64,000 bases of DNA, taken from Eledone cirrhosa. Taxonomy: Eukaryota. Both the position numbers and the translations under genes were made by a program. Of the stretch, positions 58,743-64,000 are shown one piece after another. Where the stretch lies: contig OZ024741.1 of assembly GCA_964016885.1 (NCBI GenBank), positions 222,890,001-222,954,000 on the forward strand, written 5' to 3'. The stretch's first letter is position 1. Each line of letters starts with the position of its first letter. The notes beneath the pieces are model-generated. The model did not search any database. It had not been told where the DNA came from and saw nothing but the letters and a program-made list of their open reading frames with translations.

Positions 58743-61700
58743 GGGGCTTGTGGAAGCTGGTCCGTCGCGGCCGAGGTAGCTTTGAGCGATCTTGGGGTTG
58801 GTGGCGGTGCGTTCCAGAGATTCCTCTGCAGGCGCACTCTTTGTAACACCATGGCGATGTTACGTGATTGAACACGCCCTCGGGGCGCCTCCTTTGCTTT
58901 GTTTTAGACCTTTCGGGCCCATCGATGGCGACCTCCCGTAGGATCTCACCTTGGCCGAGCTCGCCCCCCCCCTCCACTGGGCTTAGTGTCGGCCGTTGGG
59001 GTCCAGTCGCCAACGTTCGGGCTCCCCGTTCTTTGTTTTAGACCATTCGAGCCTATCGATGGCGACCTCCCATAAAAACTCACCGTGGCCGAGCCCGCCC
59101 TCCCGACTTAATCTGGGACGGGTGTCGGCCGTTGAGTTACAGTCGCCATGATCCGTACATAGTCCAAACCAGTCGCCATGATTCGTACATAGTCCAAACA
59201 TCCAATCTCGCAAAATCCGAAATCTGTATTTTTTGTTATTTATTTAAGGTTTAAATACGGTGTTTTTGTCGTATTGAACAGAACAAATCTTGCAGTTTTG
59301 CTTTTTGTTAAATCGCTTGTTAAACATTCATAACCTTCCAGCTAGCTACCCCATACCCCTCCCACCCGCCCCCACACACCACCATTCTTAATACGTGGAC
59401 CAATCATAAGCCAGAGCCCCCCCCCCCACGCATCACCATTATTATTATAAGCCAGACCCCCCCCCCCACGCATCACCATTATTATTATAAGCCAAACCCC
59501 CCCCCCCACGCATCACCATTATTATTATTACGCGAACCAATCATAAGCCAGAGGCCTATACTATCGCTTGCCCGGTTGCCTTCGATATATGATGGATGGA
59601 TGGATGGACGGACGGACTGCGGAATCCTGGAGAGTGGAAGGGAGAGAAAAATCTGGACGCTCAGAGCGAAAATGCCAAAGTTAAAGTCAAATTCACCTCG
59701 TGGACGAGAATGCGAGAACTCCTCTTTGTTTCGTCCGCGGATGGCTAACATAACCCTATCTCCCCCCGCCCCCCACCACCCCCACCCTCCAAACGCAACC
59801 CAAAACTTCAGAGTTGGTACCATAAATGTAGGCACCCTAAAGGGTCGCGCTAACGAGGTTGTAGAAATGCTTGAACGTAAGGAGGTCGATGTTTGTTGTA
59901 TTCAAGAGACCAGGTGGAGGGGTGGGTCTGCTAGATTCATTGAGGGTAAAAAACGATGTTATAAGCTTTTCTGGGTGGGAAACGACGATGGGCTGGGTGG
60001 AGTAGGAATCATGGTAGCAGAAAAGTGGGCAGATAAGATAATAGATGTAAAAAGAGTGAACGACAGAATAATTAAAATACGACTTGTCCTCAATAGAACT
60101 ACGGTGACAGTAATATCTGCGTACGCACCCCAATCCGGACTGCCCGGCACTATAAAAGACAGATTCTATGAGACACTGTTGCTAACTACCTCCCAAATAT
60201 CTGACAGTGACTATATAATTATTGCAGGTGACCTAAATGGTCACGTTGGACAACATTGTGACGGCTACGACAAAATTCATGGAGGCTATGGGTTTGGTAC
60301 TAGAAATGAGGAAGGCTCCAGAATCCTGGAATTCTGTGATGCAAATAACCTAACTATCTGTAACACTAACTTCAAAAAACGTGACAATCACCTGATCACC
60401 TATAGATCCGGGCAACACACAAGCCAGGTAGATTATATCCTTACCAGAAGACGTGACAGAGTGTCTGTTGTAAACACTAAATCCCTCCCCCATGAAGAAT
60501 GCACCTCCCAACATAGACTGATAATTAGCGACCTCATAGTCAGGACGAGACGTACTCGACAGCAGAAGAGGACTATCCTCAGGAGGAAAATATGGAAGCT
60601 AAAGGACCCCACAGCCAGAAATAAATTTCAAAGCATATTACTTGATGCTTTCGACAGTAAGGAAGAGCATCTAGAATCGGACAATATAGAGGGACAGTGG
60701 GAATTTCTGAAAGCAAACCTGCTGTTGGCGACAGACGAAGTCTGTGGCTGGAGCAGGCCTGTAGGCAGGAGGAGAGTAACATGGTGGTGGAACAGTAAGG
60801 TGGAGGGGTCAATTAAGGCCAAAAAGCAGGCTTGGAAAGTATGGCGGGATGGGGGAAGTAGAGTAGACTATCAAGTGGCCAGGAGGGAAGCTAGGAGAGA
60901 AGTGTACTTAGCAAGAAGGGAAGCTGAGGAAAGAAAGTTCAAGCATGTTCTACAACGCGATGACCAAAAACGTGAGGTGTTCAGGATTGCTAGGCAATGC
61001 GTCAAGGAAAGCCGTGATATTGTCGGGGAGAAGTGTGTACTTAACGATGATGGCATACTTGCCATCACCGACACTGATAAGAAGGTAGCTTGGAAGTGTC
61101 ACTATGAAAGGCTACTAAATGAGGAGAATAAATGGGAGAACGACAGTCTCCCCCATATCGACCCAATAGAGGGACCAGCAGTGTTAGTCGAGGGGAGTAT
61201 AATAAGTAAGGCAATCAAGGATATGAAGATGGGTAAGGCGGCTGGGCCTTCGGAAATAGTTGCTGAGATGCTGAAGGCATCTGGCACGGTGGGACACACC
61301 ATGGTCACCCGCATAGTTAACCAAGTCGTACAGAATGGGGTTGTTCCGAAGGACTGGCATAGCAGCAGCATCGTTAACTGTTATAAGGGTAAAGGAGACG
61401 CCCTAGATAGGAGTAACTATAGAGGCATTAAATTAATCGACCAGGTCATTAAGGTCACGGAAAAAGTAATAGCGCAACTAATCAGAGAGAGAATTGACCT
61501 AGACGAAATGCAGTTCGGGTTTGTGTCAGGCAAAAGCACCACAGACGCTCTTTTCATAGTACGACAACTACAGGAGAAGTACCTAGCTAAAGGTAAACCC
61601 CTCTACTTAGCTTTTGTCGACCTGGAGAAAGCCTTCGACAGAGTCCCCCGCTCCATTATCTGGTGGGCTCTTAGAAAACTAGGCGTTGACGAATGGCTTG

Positions 61701-63206
61701 TGAGGGCTATACAAGCCATGTATAAAGAAACAGTCAGCAAGGTTAGAATTAACAACGAATATAGTGAAGAGTTTAGCGTAAAAGTTGGCGTCCATCAGGG
61801 CTCTGTTCTCAGCCCCCTACTATTTATTATTGCCCTTCAGGCTATAACAGAGGAGTTCAAGACAGGCTGCCCATGGGAACTCCTATACGCAGACGACCTG
61901 ACACTCATAGCGGAATCAATGGCCGAGCTAGAGAAGAAATTCCAAACATGGAAGCACGGCCTAGAGTCAAAAGGACTTAAAATTAACCTGGCTAAGACCA
62001 AAGTTCTAGTTTGTAGGAAAGAAAACAAGGCGGCGGTCCCTTCTGGGAAATGGTCGTGCTCGGTATGTAGGAAAGGCGTAGGTAGAAACTCCATCTTATG
62101 TCCTAAATGCAAAGTATGGGTGCATAAAAGATGTAGTGGGATCACAGGTAAGCTAACTAAGAACATAGACTTTACATGTGGCCGATGTTCTGGTGCAATA
62201 AGTAGCAGCAAGTGCCCAAAAAATACTAGCTCTTTCAATTGCGCAGAGGGTTCTATAGAAATAGTGGACAGCTTCCGTTACCTGGGCGATAAAATCAGCA
62301 GTGGGGGAGGGTGCTCTGAAAGTACTGTAGCTAGAGTCAGAACTGGTTGGAAAAAGTTCAGAGAGCTTATACCACTATTAGCTGCTAAAGGGTTCTCCCT
62401 AAAAATGAAAGGCAGGTTGTACGATGCCTGCATACGAACAGCAATGTTGCATGGCAGTGAGACCTGGGCATTGTGTGCAGAGGATATACGCAGACTAGAG
62501 AGGAACGAAGCTTGCATGCTCCGCTGGATGTGTAACAGTAATATACGTGAACGGCAAAGCATAAACGAACTAAGGAAAAAATTAGAGATAAGGGGGATCA
62601 GATGTTGTTTACTCGAGAGAAGGCTACGTTGGTATGGACACGTGATGCGCATGAAAGTCGATAGCTGTATAACAAAGTGCAGGGCAATAAAGATAGACGG
62701 TAGCCACGGAATAGGCAGACCTAGAAAAACCTGTGATGAGCTGATAAACTCCGACCTCACACACTTACACCTCTCCAAGACAATGTCACTGGACCGAGAC
62801 CTTTGGCGGTACTCAGTAACAGAGAAGACCCGCCTTGCCAGTAGGCATCTCTAACAAAATACACCCCGTCCCGCCACCACCCCCACCCCATCCACACCAC
62901 CCGTTCTATGTAAAGTTATGTTGGTGCCGCGCCATCCAGGCCGAAACAAATGAGATCGTGTAGGTGTCACGACAAAAAAACACACAGTCCACGCTGTAAT
63001 GTGGCCGTGTAGGCAACACGGTAAAAACCTCCCAGACCCACACTGTAAATGTGGTTGGTGTTAGGAAGGGCATCCAACTGTAGAAAACCTGCCAGACAGT
63101 CCTATGCGAGCAAGACAATCACTCTTGCCTCAAGTGGGACTACCCCCGTCCAAACCCATGCAAGCGTGGAACACGGACGTTAAACGTTGATGATGATGAT
63201 GATGAT
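58743..63206 (+). mobile_element. Full-length RTE-clade LINE in a COPB1 intron
   Basis: GATT duplication at 58739-58742 and 63207-63210, ~0.9 kb structured 5' UTR, single ORF, 3' UTR with tandem repeats and a (GAT)n tail. Confidence 0.9.
59672..62854 (+). CDS. RTE ORF: AP endonuclease + reverse transcriptase with PHD-type finger
   Basis: Frame is open from 59576 (first ATG 59672, alternative 59741). APE motifs IQETRW, SAYAP, GDLNGHVG, QVDYIL, SQH; RT motifs FVDLEKAFD, GVHQGSVLSP, YADD, FRYLG; RTE-type C-terminus LRWYGHV...GRPRK. Confidence 0.95.
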   Translation: MPKLKSNSPRGRECENSSLFRPRMANITLSPPAPHHPHPPNATQNFRVGTINVGTLKGRANEVVEMLERKEVDVCCIQETRWRGGSARFIEGKKRCYKLFWVGNDDGLGGVGIMVAEKWADKIIDVKRVNDRIIKIRLVLNRTTVTVISAYAPQSGLPGTIKDRFYETLLLTTSQISDSDYIIIAGDLNGHVGQHCDGYDKIHGGYGFGTRNEEGSRILEFCDANNLTICNTNFKKRDNHLITYRSGQHTSQVDYILTRRRDRVSVVNTKSLPHEECTSQHRLIISDLIVRTRRTRQQKRTILRRKIWKLKDPTARNKFQSILLDAFDSKEEHLESDNIEGQWEFLKANLLLATDEVCGWSRPVGRRRVTWWWNSKVEGSIKAKKQAWKVWRDGGSRVDYQVARREARREVYLARREAEERKFKHVLQRDDQKREVFRIARQCVKESRDIVGEKCVLNDDGILAITDTDKKVAWKCHYERLLNEENKWENDSLPHIDPIEGPAVLVEGSIISKAIKDMKMGKAAGPSEIVAEMLKASGTVGHTMVTRIVNQVVQNGVVPKDWHSSSIVNCYKGKGDALDRSNYRGIKLIDQVIKVTEKVIAQLIRERIDLDEMQFGFVSGKSTTDALFIVRQLQEKYLAKGKPLYLAFVDLEKAFDRVPRSIIWWALRKLGVDEWLVRAIQAMYKETVSKVRINNEYSEEFSVKVGVHQGSVLSPLLFIIALQAITEEFKTGCPWELLYADDLTLIAESMAELEKKFQTWKHGLESKGLKINLAKTKVLVCRKENKAAVPSGKWSCSVCRKGVGRNSILCPKCKVWVHKRCSGITGKLTKNIDFTCGRCSGAISSSKCPKNTSSFNCAEGSIEIVDSFRYLGDKISSGGGCSESTVARVRTGWKKFRELIPLLAAKGFSLKMKGRLYDACIRTAMLHGSETWALCAEDIRRLERNEACMLRWMCNSNIRERQSINELRKKLEIRGIRCCLLERRLRWYGHVMRMKVDSCITKCRAIKIDGSHGIGRPRKTCDELINSDLTHLHLSKTMSLDRDLWRYSVTEKTRLASRHL

Positions 63207-63840
63207 GATTCCTTTTATCTCTTCCTCTACCAAGCTACCGTTTAAATTCTCAAGATGTCGGTTCTCTGTTAGAGCCAGTTTTGCTAAAGCTCAGGCTCAG
63301 AGTTTAAAAGTTGTAGAATTGAATACAAGAGAATCGCTTTTTACCCATGGAGTTATATGTAGGCTATTCACGAGTGGAAACACCTAAAAATCTTTATATA
63401 CTATGCATGAATGGTAAATCGAAGGATCTGGTGTATCTGGAAGATTTTTTTTACCATTTATTTTTTTTGTTTTATCAGACTCACCATGGTCTTGCCTCAT
63501 ATTGTAAACCAGACAAACATCCAATATAATCATTTTCTCTTATACCTGTCTTCTCTTATTATCTGTTTACCTGGGCAAAGCTGGGAACGTCAGCTAGTAT
63601 ATAATATAAATGTGTATAGCAGTGGGTGCTGTAAAACAATAAAACTAGTGAATCCTTGGTAATCAGCAATGGTGTGACATATGTGCAGTTTATTGTTCAT
63701 TTGTTTTCGAAGTACACCCGGGATATGGAAAACAACCAACTCATGCCAACTTGGAAAAGTTGATATAAAAATGATGAGGATGAAATAAAAAACTAACACT
63801 AAACTATCTTTATTAAACTTTTTCTTTTTTACATATTCAG

Positions 63841-64000
63841 AAAAAGGTGATGTGAAGACAAAGATCAGCTCTTTGAAGAAAACCATTCAAATGATTCTAA
63901 ATGGTGAGAAAATGCCCTCTCTTCTGATGACCATAATCCGTTTTGTGATGCCACTTCATGACCACACCATAAAGAAGTTGTTACTGATATTCTGGGAAGT
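63841..64000 (+). CDS. COPB1: Coatomer subunit beta, second coding exon (runs off the window)
   Basis: ttcag|[53 protein letters not shown]; phase 1 matches. Confidence 0.95.

Larger units (their letters stand above)
58565..63597 (+). mobile_element. Helitron relic with PIF1 helicase fragment, split by the RTE
   Basis: LCNGT...EVTILGGNHQGEKAFIPKI (58611-58742) continues as PFISS..LPFKF...KAQAQSLKVV...FTHG.LYV..SRV (63211-63380); 3' GC-rich subterminal segment and CTAG at 63594-63597; 5' end approximate. Confidence 0.8.

Noticed and set aside
59406-59530. CRISPR-like array
   Set aside because: Tandem units without unique spacers, inside a eukaryotic LINE UTR; no cas genes
59690-59756. HDV-like ribozyme at the RTE 5' region (stem followed by GGCTAA)
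   Set aside because: Could not assign P1/P2/P3 pairings by eye; needs a descriptor search
61837-62778. Antisense ORFs of 133 and 166 aa (and similar ones over Gypsy pol)
   Set aside because: Shadow frames of retroelement coding sequence

Overview
AT-rich, microsatellite- and transposon-dense animal genomic DNA. The Meta-domain SINEs, RTE-tailed SINEs and (TA)n/(CA)n load suggest an octopus-like cephalopod (inference). Two host genes lie on the + strand: a complete 12-exon PRMT3 (12344-31279, 532 aa spliced by hand) and the first two coding exons of COPB1 (54772-54862, 63841-window end). Mobile DNA includes a gag-deleted Gypsy provirus with two 761-bp LTRs and unusual TA...CA termini (3722-8821), a second decayed Gypsy (-), and an apparently full-length RTE LINE with an intact ORF and a PHD-type finger inside its RT (58743-63206), inserted into a Helitron helicase relic in a COPB1 intron. 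CRE, CR1, Tx1, Penelope and mariner fossils, piggyBac/hAT MITEs, non-autonomous Helitrons and many SINEs are also present. The most striking unexplained structure is a set of fold-back elements (arms up to ~790 bp), two with a small hairpin at the inversion junction. They carry minimal type-I hammerhead ribozyme motifs, one pair showing stem-II covariation, consistent with Penelope-like pLTR elements. All calls were made by eye; no searches were run.
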